From a virus (lineage: Duplodnaviria; Caudoviricetes): a stretch of 45,201 bases of DNA. The stretch is from positions 1 through 45,201 of IMG/VR virus record IMGVR_UViG_3300024054_000550. The stretch is one strand, 5' to 3'. Position numbers and translations under genes: made by a program. This document shows positions 6,304 through 15,064 of this stretch, one piece after another (positions within the stretch are counted from its first letter, which is position 1; every line of letters begins with the position of its first letter). The notes under the pieces were generated by a model. The model was not told where the DNA came from. It saw only the letters and a program-made list of their open reading frames with translations, and did not search any database.

Positions 6304-7101
6304 TCATGAATCTAACTTTTTCATTTTCTCCGTAATTAAACTGATGTAAATAGTGTTATTTGCACCACCATTGTATCTACTGATAGCATATTTAATAGGA
6401 TTTTTGTGACCGTTTTTCTTAGCACTCTGGTAATTCATTTTTAGATAATTCCCGGCAATAATAGCCCCGAATTTTGTATCATTCAGTAAACTAACAATCA
6501 GTAAATTGTCATTATTCAGTAAAGCATAGTACTCTTTAAGTTCCATTTTAGTTATAACATCCTTAGCTGTTTTAACTTTAATCTGAAAAGCTCCAAGAGA
6601 TGATTTACCTAACTCGGCAAAATTTATTTTAACTCTGTATTTTGTTTCACCAGATTTTGTTCTTACCAAAATATATCTAACAGAATTTTCTAAAAATGTT
6701 AAATCTTTGTGAACAGTGCGTTTGGAAAAATATGTTCTTCCATTCTTTAATACAGGCTTTTCATAAAAATAAACATTCCCCGAACCATCACCAATGTTAT
6801 TCGATCCGAATGATGACTCTTGCCAGGCTATTGCTTGAAGAATTTTAGAAAAACATTCGTCATGAGAGCAAATGTTTTTTCCTTCATGATACGCTATACT
6901 TTGTATTTTAGATTGAGAATCTGAAAGACTTGTTCCCTTTGGTTCTGGGATTGTTTTATAGATTTCTGTATTCTCTTTCTTTGGTTCTTTTTGAACATTC
7001 ATGTGTTGAACTGAATATACTAAAAGAATAGAAAGAATAAACAGAATAAAAAGAGCAGAAAAAATGCCGATTCTTTTAATTTTCAAAATTAACTCCTTCA
7101 A
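6304..7101 (-). CDS. membrane-anchored lytic transglycosylase (SLT-like)
   Basis: N-terminal TM helix; AIAWQESS, GAFQI, RYNGG motifs. Confidence 0.8.
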   Translation of the reverse strand: MKELILKIKRIGIFSALFILFILSILLVYSVQHMNVQKEPKKENTEIYKTIPEPKGTSLSDSQSKIQSIAYHEGKNICSHDECFSKILQAIAWQESSFGSNNIGDGSGNVYFYEKPVLKNGRTYFSKRTVHKDLTFLENSVRYILVRTKSGETKYRVKINFAELGKSSLGAFQIKVKTAKDVITKMELKEYYALLNNDNLLIVSLLNDTKFGAIIAGNYLKMNYQSAKKNGHKNPIKYAISRYNGGANNTIYISLITEKMKKLDS

Positions 7102-7355
7102 ATAAATTTCTCCGGGTACATTTTCTTTAACCCTTCAAAATTTTTGTCTAGTTCGTGAATTTTATTCGTTAAGAATAAAAGAGCGGTATTGTATTTATTA
7201 ATCTTCGATGTTAACTTTTCCCGTTCTTTAATGTAAAAGTCAATTAATGCATCTTCCTTCGTATCGAATGTAAAAGAATCTGTGCTATTTTCATGTTCAC
7301 ATAATCCTAGTGATTTGCTGTATGAATACTTCATTGTTTTATCGAAATTCTGCAT
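7098..7355 (-). CDS. hypothetical protein
   Basis: ORF overlapping the next gene; C-terminus YPEKFI resembles the neighbour's FPELFI. Confidence 0.55.
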   Translation of the reverse strand: MQNFDKTMKYSYSKSLGLCEHENSTDSFTFDTKEDALIDFYIKEREKLTSKINKYNTALLFLTNKIHELDKNFEGLKKMYPEKFI

Positions 7356-7483
7356 TGCGCATTGAACGTAAAGTGTGCCATTTTCTTATATATAAAGATC
7401 ATCAATTCTTTAATTCGAATCAAGAACTTCGGATCATTCTGATCTAAAGAATAACTCCAGTCGCGAAAACTTACATCTAAGAA

Positions 7484-7810
7484 TCAAATGAACAATTCGG
7501 GAAAATCTGTTTTAAAATTCTCACATTTTTCGAGCATTTTTGGATAAAGAACTGATCTGAGGTCAGAAATGTACTTATTTCGTTCTTGTTGGGCATCTCT
7601 GATTTTTTTATCTAATTCTGAGCATTTTTTATTGTGCTCTTCTGTGAGAAATTCTGACAGATAATCCTTAATTTCGGATTCGAATTTTCGTTCTAGTGGA
7701 TAAGAAAATACTGTACCGAAAATAACCGATTCTGTTGACCTAGAATACAAATCGTTAACATTAATAGATAACTTTGATTTCTTTTCGTCGAAATAAATTT
7801 TAAATTTCAT
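7484..7810 (-). CDS. hypothetical protein
   Basis: 108-aa ORF in operon context. Confidence 0.65.
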   Translation of the reverse strand: MKFKIYFDEKKSKLSINVNDLYSRSTESVIFGTVFSYPLERKFESEIKDYLSEFLTEEHNKKCSELDKKIRDAQQERNKYISDLRSVLYPKMLEKCENFKTDFPELFI

Positions 7811-7820
7811 TTTTGATCTT

Positions 7821-9026
7821 TCATTTACGCTGTGCCGATAATTTGAATACTTCCATCATTGAATTCTTCGATTTTTCGATATGACTCATTATATCATCAA
7901 TTCTCCCGTTTGGCTCAACTAACCAAACAATTTTTTTGTTCATATTACTAAAATTGTTCAAATCGGATTGTGGCACCATTCCATCAGTCAGAACTATAAC
8001 TGCTTGAAAAGGAATTTTCGATTCGTTAGCTTTAATGATTCCAGGGAAAAGCTCTGTTCCGCCATGTCCTTTTCTAGTTATAGCTTTTGATACTTTAGAT
8101 AATTTTTCTGGCTCATATGCACACGAATCAACTTGAATAAGTGAACATTTTGTTTTAGTTATATCTGTAATATTCTTAATTTCCGATAATGTCGAATTAA
8201 TTGAATCTGAACTCATTGAACCAGAAACATCTGCTATAACGAGTAAATCAAATGTTCTATTTCTAATTTTCCCCTTTAGATCATCTCTATTTGGGAATCT
8301 CCTGTCCTTTTTCATTATAGTTAAACGAGAGCTTACTTTTTTATTTCCTAAGATTCCTCTAAGAATTTTTTTCCAGTTGAATTCTGATTTTTTAGTAAAA
8401 AGATTAATCCATTCAGCGCATTTAGCTGGGATTTCACCGTATTCTTTTAGCGTTCTATCCTGTGCTGTTTCAATCATGTTCTTTGTGATTGCATCTTGAA
8501 GATCTTGATCACCTACATAATTGTCCCATGTATCATGAGAATCTAATGTTCCGGAATTTAAATTCTCGCGTTCATTAGAAGTATTCAAAAGCTCGTAATA
8601 GAACTCTGATGATTCATTCTTAGGAACTTTTATCTTAAGTACATCTTGAATTCGTTCAGGAAGAATTCCATCTTTCGGTAAATGATTAATATCGATGAAT
8701 TGATTCAGGGCACAATCTGTGCTGATATTCCATAATTTTTCGTTAAGATTATGACCTCTATCTGTAACATGCCCGTATAGAACATGAAGAATCTCATGTT
8801 TTAGAATCGCTAATCTTTCGTAAAGATTGTACTTATCAAATTCATTCGGATTTATATACAGGTTATAATGATCTACATGAAATGATATTCCAGCGGGTGC
8901 AGGAAGTTCTTCATCTATTTTAATTGAGCACTGTCCAACAATATGAGCATAAAAAAGGTAAGAATTCCTGAATTCAGGATTCACAAACATAGCAGCTAGT
9001 GTGCTATCTAGAAGGCCTCTACTCAT
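7821..9026 (-). CDS. metallopeptidase-like + VWA domain protein (DUF2201-like)
   Basis: HEILH, WNISTD, MIDAS DVSGSM, GGT, LTDG. Confidence 0.88.
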   Translation of the reverse strand: MSRGLLDSTLAAMFVNPEFRNSYLFYAHIVGQCSIKIDEELPAPAGISFHVDHYNLYINPNEFDKYNLYERLAILKHEILHVLYGHVTDRGHNLNEKLWNISTDCALNQFIDINHLPKDGILPERIQDVLKIKVPKNESSEFYYELLNTSNERENLNSGTLDSHDTWDNYVGDQDLQDAITKNMIETAQDRTLKEYGEIPAKCAEWINLFTKKSEFNWKKILRGILGNKKVSSRLTIMKKDRRFPNRDDLKGKIRNRTFDLLVIADVSGSMSSDSINSTLSEIKNITDITKTKCSLIQVDSCAYEPEKLSKVSKAITRKGHGGTELFPGIIKANESKIPFQAVIVLTDGMVPQSDLNNFSNMNKKIVWLVEPNGRIDDIMSHIEKSKNSMMEVFKLSAQRK

Positions 9027-9045
9027 TTTAGATTCTTAAAATCTT

Positions 9046-9339
9046 TTAAATACAATCTAATATTTCTGTGTAATCAATTTCTTCTTCTGGCTCTGAACAG
9101 AATTCTCTCCAGGCATGCTCTAAATCTTCAGAATTAACCTCGAAGTGATCGATTCCGCCATTTTGATTAATGAAGAATGCTACAAATTTTGAATTCTTTT
9201 TGAATTTTTTCTTGATTTTTGATTTTTTAAGAACAAAATCATATCCAAAATCTGGATTACTTAATAAAAAATCTTGCACCTCATAAGCGTACTTTCGAGG
9301 GACCCAGATTTTCTTGCCGAGAATATTAGATTGTTGCAT
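9046..9339 (-). CDS. hypothetical protein
   Basis: ORF with SD AAAGG. Confidence 0.55.
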   Translation of the reverse strand: MQQSNILGKKIWVPRKYAYEVQDFLLSNPDFGYDFVLKKSKIKKKFKKNSKFVAFFINQNGGIDHFEVNSEDLEHAWREFCSEPEEEIDYTEILDCI

Positions 9340-9366
9340 TAACAGATTACCCTTTCAAAATAAATA

Positions 9367-9933
9367 ATGAATATGAAATTCTACGAAATGAAAACTTCCG
9401 AAATTAGAACACTTAAAGAGAAACTTTGGTTAAAGAATTCAAAGAAATGTCCCGTTCTGAATAAAGAAATACCTCTTGAAAAAATGGCTCTCGATCATGC
9501 TCATAAGAATTCAAATGAGGAATACTCCGAAACTAAAGGCGTAATCAGAGAAGCTCTAGATTTTAGAGTAAATGCTGTTCTTGGTAAATTAGAGAATTCA
9601 TTAAAACGAACAGGATTAACAAAAGATGATTCATTTAACATAAGTGATTTTCTCCGACGAGCAGCAGATTATTTTGAGAAAGGCGCATACAAAGATGAAT
9701 TCGGTGTGCTTTATATTCACCCTTCTGAAGTTAAAAAGGAACCTATTCTCCCAAAAAGCAATTACAATAAATTGAAAAAAGTATACCACCAAAGTAATAA
9801 ACGAGCTAAATTCCCAGAGTACCCTAAGAATTCTAAATTAACCAAAAAACTATCTGAACTATTCAAAGAATTTAATATCGAACCTTATCACCAATCTTCA
9901 AATTCTTTAACTTCTGAATCTAAGATTCCGTGA
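9367..9933 (+). CDS. recombination endonuclease VII-like
   Basis: KCP, LDHAH, GVIR and N..LGKLE pattern of T4 gp49. Confidence 0.75.
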   Translation: MNMKFYEMKTSEIRTLKEKLWLKNSKKCPVLNKEIPLEKMALDHAHKNSNEEYSETKGVIREALDFRVNAVLGKLENSLKRTGLTKDDSFNISDFLRRAADYFEKGAYKDEFGVLYIHPSEVKKEPILPKSNYNKLKKVYHQSNKRAKFPEYPKNSKLTKKLSELFKEFNIEPYHQSSNSLTSESKIP

Positions 9934-10154
9934 AGTTTACAATCCCTTTCAATGAATGATTTGAAATAAACATCGCTAGCAATAGCATCACCAATCATTT
10001 CTAGAGATATTGAATTCTTTAACGAAAAATCCATAATAATTTCTATTAAACTTGCTGATTTATTCTTTAGTTTGATTTCTTCGATATAAGATAATACAGC
10101 GTTTATTAAATAAGGGTACTGTTCTTGTAAATTTTTTTCATTTAATTCAGTCAT
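9888..10154 (-). CDS. late transcription co-activator, gp33-like
   Basis: 88-aa helical protein coupled to gp55; SLIEIIMDFS/IERDC pattern. Confidence 0.6.
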   Translation of the reverse strand: MTELNEKNLQEQYPYLINAVLSYIEEIKLKNKSASLIEIIMDFSLKNSISLEMIGDAIASDVYFKSFIERDCKLHGILDSEVKEFEDW

Positions 10155-10965
10155 GTTTCGATCTCAGTATACTGACATTACCATTAAGTAATGGTTTGAT
10201 TTTATTATATTCTTCAAATGTTATTGAATACGATTCTGGATAAGTAATTTCCATTCTTGTGCATTTCTTAATATCTTCCTGAAGATTTTCTAATTCTTCA
10301 TAAAGAGATGTTTTAATTTCATGAAGAGTCACTCGTTCGATTATTTCAATTTCAGTTTCAAATGTTCTATATTTAGGTTCGGCGTACCAATCATCATAAA
10401 CTAATTGTAAATTTTGATTTAATGCTTCTAGTTGAACTTGTTTCTTAAAGTTCTCCATATCTTTCTTTTTAGTGTTTATTATGAAGATAATGGAATTGTG
10501 AATTATTTGTGAAATATATGCAAAGGCATTTACACTTAATCCAGAACGGGATGATATTAATTTATGATTAAAATTGTCCAGGTACTTGAGAATTTTATAA
10601 ACGGAATCTGAATAAAAATCATCTTTGAATGTATATCCTGAGAACTGTGGCTTTTTAAGAATATTCTTAATCATAAGAAGAATAATTTCTCCAAATCTTT
10701 CATAAGAACTAGAATCAACACTTGTAGATTCTGATAATTCCACAATCTTATTCTTTAGTTTATTTTTTAGAACATTTCTTTTTCGGGTATCTTCATATGC
10801 TTTACTGGAGATATCAGTATGCCATTTTATGTACTTTTTGATTTTTGCATTAGAATCTGAAGTTCCTATCAGGGCCCTTTGATTTTTAATTCTAATTAGT
10901 AACGATTTAAGTTCTAATTCACTTGTGTAATTATGTTTAAGTTTTTTTGGCTCAGAATATTCCAT
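10147..10965 (-). CDS. gp55: late sigma factor gp55
   Basis: FSGYTFKDD and NAFAYISQI motifs; many TATAAATA promoters in window. Confidence 0.88.
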   Translation of the reverse strand: MEYSEPKKLKHNYTSELELKSLLIRIKNQRALIGTSDSNAKIKKYIKWHTDISSKAYEDTRKRNVLKNKLKNKIVELSESTSVDSSSYERFGEIILLMIKNILKKPQFSGYTFKDDFYSDSVYKILKYLDNFNHKLISSRSGLSVNAFAYISQIIHNSIIFIINTKKKDMENFKKQVQLEALNQNLQLVYDDWYAEPKYRTFETEIEIIERVTLHEIKTSLYEELENLQEDIKKCTRMEITYPESYSITFEEYNKIKPLLNGNVSILRSKHD

Positions 10966-11039
10966 ATGATTCCTAGTATGAACATTTCAGTTCATTATAA
11001 ATAATTTTAATTATTATATAACACTTTAGTTAAAAATAC

Positions 11040-11519
11040 ATGAATACACACAATTTTTCTCAATTAACGAACTATATAGCTGGTTCTGATAAATTCAAGC
11101 ATATACCATTATATCTTACTTCCGTTAATATTCCAGGTATATCGTTTGCTCATCCAGAAATAGGCGGTAAGCATTCGTCGAGACTGAACATAACGGCTGA
11201 TACATATACATGGAATTCGTTATCATTCGAAGTACTAATTGATGAGAATTTTAAGGTGTACAAAGAATTGATGAAAATCATTAATTCTAATATTAGATTA
11301 GATGGAACTTTTAGCGATTTTACATTTGATTTTTGGATCGAAGTTTCTAACAATAAGGGGAATAAGGTTCTAAAAATTGATTTTAGTAATTGCAGAATCA
11401 CATCAATAGGCGATATAGAACTAAATTCTCAGGATGAAAGTACTGAGCACACATTAACATTTGATGTGATTTATGATTTTTACGAAATAGAAGAAACTAA
11501 AACATTTTTGAAAAGATGA
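11040..11519 (+). CDS. tail tube terminator, gp3-like
   Basis: SVNIPGI, F.IDENF motifs; TATAAATA at 10996-11003. Confidence 0.8.
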   Translation: MNTHNFSQLTNYIAGSDKFKHIPLYLTSVNIPGISFAHPEIGGKHSSRLNITADTYTWNSLSFEVLIDENFKVYKELMKIINSNIRLDGTFSDFTFDFWIEVSNNKGNKVLKIDFSNCRITSIGDIELNSQDESTEHTLTFDVIYDFYEIEETKTFLKR

Positions 11520-11530
11520 ATATTAGCTGA

Positions 11531-11893
11531 TTAACCCTTCCATTTGGAATTCAGGACTAATTTAACTCCAAAATTTCCGCGCTCCCTCCAACCAAAATAG
11601 AATTTAATTCTACCATAGTAAGAAATGAATGGAAATGGGATTCCTTTGTACCAAAGTACAGCATGTCCCCAACCGCCTTCTTCTCTGAATACATTAACAT
11701 TACCCTTCCGAATAAAGTCTCGGCCCATAAATCCAAATGGAGGAACATGAAACATTAGATTATGAGCTGGATTTCTGAACCACCATTTAATTCTGATCCA
11801 AATTGTATCCCTTTGTTCAGGATTCCAATTTCCATCTCCAATAACTGAATCTTCGTCATTTCCGAAAAGTGCCCACACAATTTTAGAGAACAT
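11531..11893 (-). CDS. Trp-rich phage hypothetical protein
   Basis: WWFRNP motif, FGW. Confidence 0.65.
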   Translation of the reverse strand: MFSKIVWALFGNDEDSVIGDGNWNPEQRDTIWIRIKWWFRNPAHNLMFHVPPFGFMGRDFIRKGNVNVFREEGGWGHAVLWYKGIPFPFISYYGRIKFYFGWRERGNFGVKLVLNSKWKG

Positions 11894-11918
11894 ATTTTTA
11901 CCTCGTTTTTATAAGAAA

Positions 11919-12185
11919 TTACATCTGATCTAGCTTATTTTTAATAAATGATTTAGCTTCTTCTAAATCAGTACTATTCTCAACTAATGAAATAAGCTCG
12001 TCCCTAGATACAATCCAAGGTGCTTCCCTAGGAGAAGATAAAGTAATCTCAATTGGTTTAGAACACATAGACATATTAATAGTATGTTGACCAGTATAGA
12101 TAACATTCAAACCAACTAGTTTCTTGTCCTCATTATCACTATCAAAAATAGGTTCAGAAGAACCAATAAAAAATTCAATATTCAT
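11919..12185 (-). CDS. hypothetical protein, fibre operon
   Basis: Translationally coupled ORF. Confidence 0.55.
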   Translation of the reverse strand: MNIEFFIGSSEPIFDSDNEDKKLVGLNVIYTGQHTINMSMCSKPIEITLSSPREAPWIVSRDELISLVENSTDLEEAKSFIKNKLDQM

Positions 12186-12711
12186 TCCAACATCCCGTTC
12201 CGAACCATCCGGCTGGTCGACTGGTTACATTTTCAACAGTAGAAAGTTCATTTGAGTAACACCATCTGGCATACCAAAAGTTACTATAACTATTGCCTCT
12301 ACATTCTAATATGGGTACTGAGTGAGTTGATGTTTCAGTAGGTAAAATCATTATTGAGCATATTTGATTAGCGCTAGCTGCGGTAGAACCATTAACCCAA
12401 CCAGTGTCGCTAGCGAATCCACCGGAGTCCTGATGTACATAGATGCGTGTCCACCAACCGGAACCAGGTACGAACTTAAACCACCCTTGCCCTTGAGCGC
12501 CAGCCCAGTCTCTTGATGTAAAATTAAGATAACCTGTATATTCAGTGTTATCCTCTATATTAAATCTTGAAAAAACACGCTGCCACGCACCATTAACTTT
12601 AACATAAATGTCACTGCACTTTTTCCAAGTTCCAGCAACATTTACATAAGGTGCTATAACAGTGCGCCATGCACCGGAATGTTTTGCTGATGTATTAAGA
12701 ATATGCGGCAT
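12175..12711 (-). CDS. putative tail fibre tip / receptor-binding protein
   Basis: Repeated YV.V.G.W motifs typical of fibre-associated proteins; aromatic-rich C-terminal domain. Confidence 0.55.
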   Translation of the reverse strand: MPHILNTSAKHSGAWRTVIAPYVNVAGTWKKCSDIYVKVNGAWQRVFSRFNIEDNTEYTGYLNFTSRDWAGAQGQGWFKFVPGSGWWTRIYVHQDSGGFASDTGWVNGSTAASANQICSIMILPTETSTHSVPILECRGNSYSNFWYARWCYSNELSTVENVTSRPAGWFGTGCWNEY

Positions 12712-13010
12712 TAGTATTTATACCAAATATCACCATCTATACCGCCACTAGGGGTCGATGTACTGAATGTTATTGACGCACCTGAACTAATAAGAATATA
12801 ACTAGAACCACCCCATCTGTATGTCTTATTTGTATCTAAAGCTACATAAATCTTTCCTGATTCTCCTGTACCAGGAAATCCAGCTAAGTTAGTGAATTCA
12901 AGAACATCATCAACATATGATGGTAATCTAGCAGCATTAATTACACCAGATGTTATTTTAGATGCATCTAAATTCAGAATAGATGATAATCTACTAGTTA
13001 ATAATGTCAT
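12711..13010 (-). CDS. short tail-fibre module protein
   Basis: Contains the LPSYVDDVLE...FPGTGESGKIY module shared with both long fibres; ends GDIWYKY; TATAAATA at 13053-13060. Confidence 0.7.
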   Translation of the reverse strand: MTLLTSRLSSILNLDASKITSGVINAARLPSYVDDVLEFTNLAGFPGTGESGKIYVALDTNKTYRWGGSSYILISSGASITFSTSTPSGGIDGDIWYKY

Positions 13011-13081
13011 TATAGTATTTCCTTAGAATAATTCCGTTCTTCAATTTTATTATATTTATACCATTAACAATTGTGAATACT

Positions 13082-13462
13082 TTAAGCAAAGTGATCATGT
13101 ATAGTCAAAGGCTTAATAAAATCTGGTAAATAATTTGGATTAATTCCCGCTGGAATCATTGCTGGATCTACAATATCTTCCGCAAGGTCACCATCGCGTA
13201 AAGCATGAATACAGGCTGCTACAGTATCATCTTCTAGTGCTGTAAGTGTGTGAATTTTATCTTTCTTAATGTATATTATATGTGGTGCTGTGAATTCCGA
13301 AACCACACCGTCAACATCTACTTGTAATCGACCCTTGGCTAGTAATGTAGGATGATCAAATGTATGTTTATGCCCTGGATTAATATCACCAGCTTTTTCA
13401 AAAGTCATTAGTTTGATCCAAAGATTACTAATTAAACTTAATTGAGTTTTAGAATTTGCCAT
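13082..13462 (-). CDS. cupin-fold protein
   Basis: GHKHTFDH...H.LTALED..CIH metal-binding pattern. Confidence 0.75.
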   Translation of the reverse strand: MANSKTQLSLISNLWIKLMTFEKAGDINPGHKHTFDHPTLLAKGRLQVDVDGVVSEFTAPHIIYIKKDKIHTLTALEDDTVAACIHALRDGDLAEDIVDPAMIPAGINPNYLPDFIKPLTIHDHFA

Positions 13463-13483
13463 TTATTTCTCTTTCTAAGATAT

Positions 13484-13690
13484 TTATTTTGTAACAGGAA
13501 TAGATGGATATGTAATAATTGGATATAATGAACCATTATTATTATATTTAAAACTAATCATTTCCATCGTTACATTGTCTGGTATATTAGTCATATTTGG
13601 AAAACTTGTTTCATTTTCCAGAGCTGGACAAAGTTCTTCTGGTACTAGACGAACGTCATCTATTTTAAAATTAAAGTATAATCGTTGCAT
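13484..13690 (-). CDS. hypothetical protein
   Basis: Short ORF with SD AAGGA. Confidence 0.55.
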   Translation of the reverse strand: MQRLYFNFKIDDVRLVPEELCPALENETSFPNMTNIPDNVTMEMISFKYNNNGSLYPIITYPSIPVTK

Positions 13691-13701
13691 TAAAGTTCCT
13701 T

Positions 13702-14574
13702 TTAGGCAAATCCTACAAAAGTAGATGTAAATGAATTTAAATAAATTGCGTCGTAATTTCCACCACTAGTTATACTAGCATACAAGGCAAATGTATTAGT
13801 ACTTTCTGAAGATACGGTGTGTGTTCCAAGATCGAAAGTTGCTGTGTTTCCTCGTCCCATGTAATGATTTACTATACTACTTATTGTGACACCGTCTTTG
13901 CGGAGTTGAAGACCAACATAATCGTCTGTATAACTATAAATAGTTACACTAAAACTAAAATTCATCCCTTTTGAAAATGGATTACCTATAGATACATTAG
14001 TATTGCCATCATTAACGTAGTAATAACCACCAGTACCGTCTGAATGAGAGGAAAACAAAACGTTGTGATAAGCACCACGATAATAATATACACCACCGTC
14101 ATTTGACCAAATCAATTTCCCATTTCCTATAGATTTAGTTGTTCCGGGTACTAACATTCCACCAGATGCAAATTGATAAAATTCCGAATTAGTATAATAT
14201 GGTGAGTTAACATCAGTAGACCCCAGAACTGGGAAACCAGATAAACTTAGTATTTTCCACTCGGTACCCGTGGAATAAAGGACAATGGTATTTCCAACTG
14301 ATATAACAACACCAATAGCAGTATTAATTGCGGGTGTTGGTAAGATTGTTATTGTTTTACCAGAGCAAAGAATCGTTACTATAAACCCATTAGATAAACT
14401 ATTAGCATTTGGTAGTGTTAAGGTCATTGTACTAGTTGTTGGAGAGCAATCAATTAATGAACCTCGATCTGATTCAACTATGTCATAATTAGATGTTTTA
14501 ACCTGATATTTTGTATACGGTCCAATTTTACCTACAGCTTCTTCAAGATCGGATAATATTCTGCTTTTACCCAT
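13702..14574 (-). CDS. tail fibre / receptor-binding-like protein
   Basis: T..Y...D.G..I...TLTLP module also seen in the fibres; G/S/T/Y-rich beta C-terminus. Confidence 0.6.
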   Translation of the reverse strand: MGKSRILSDLEEAVGKIGPYTKYQVKTSNYDIVESDRGSLIDCSPTTSTMTLTLPNANSLSNGFIVTILCSGKTITILPTPAINTAIGVVISVGNTIVLYSTGTEWKILSLSGFPVLGSTDVNSPYYTNSEFYQFASGGMLVPGTTKSIGNGKLIWSNDGGVYYYRGAYHNVLFSSHSDGTGGYYYVNDGNTNVSIGNPFSKGMNFSFSVTIYSYTDDYVGLQLRKDGVTISSIVNHYMGRGNTATFDLGTHTVSSESTNTFALYASITSGGNYDAIYLNSFTSTFVGFA

Positions 14575-14813
14575 TATTTAGCTCCTTCCAGTACAGACAT
14601 TGCTGCTTTAATGGCTTCAGGTGTGGTTGCCGAATCAATCGCAGTCTGCATTGATGCGTATTTGTCCCGGATGGCTTGACGCGCGGTTTCAGCCGCCGCT
14701 GCCATTGATGGGATCGTAGCCTGAATATCAAAAGGCTTGAACTCCTCGGCCCGAGCAGCACGCCTTGCGTTGTGTGCAATGGCTTTTGCTTTGTCAATGT
14801 TGATCGTAATCAT
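14574..14813 (-). CDS. tail fibre assembly/chaperone-like protein
   Basis: KAKAIAH..RR..R..EF.PFD pattern; markedly higher GC. Confidence 0.65.
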   Translation of the reverse strand: MITINIDKAKAIAHNARRAARAEEFKPFDIQATIPSMAAAAETARQAIRDKYASMQTAIDSATTPEAIKAAMSVLEGAK

Positions 14814-15061
14814 GCCGTTACCTCGAACTCGTTGGATTCTGCACCAATTCCATCGGTGAGAATTGCATTATCAATTTCCCAAGCATCCCGAAACGTCCAA
14901 TCTGATGGAATGTCTGCTGCATTGACAATTTTGTAAGGCTTCCCGTAAGGGACATCCTTCTTTGCTATTTCTTCAATTGTTCTGACCAATAAACAGTCTG
15001 GCGCTGGGACAATAATGGCTACGGCACCTTCGTCTGTTTTGTAAATTATTACTTGACTCAT
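14810..15061 (-). CDS. fibre-associated small protein
   Basis: IAKKDVP.G.PY.IV...IPSD.TFRDAW pattern; ATGA coupling. Confidence 0.65.
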   Translation of the reverse strand: MSQVIIYKTDEGAVAIIVPAPDCLLVRTIEEIAKKDVPYGKPYKIVNAADIPSDWTFRDAWEIDNAILTDGIGAESNEFEVTA

Positions 15062-15064
15062 GTT

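Noticed and set aside
7098-7487. Stop-codon reassignment
   Set aside because: Interrupting stops are of two types, core genes are intact under code 11 using all three stops, and there is no suppressor tRNA.
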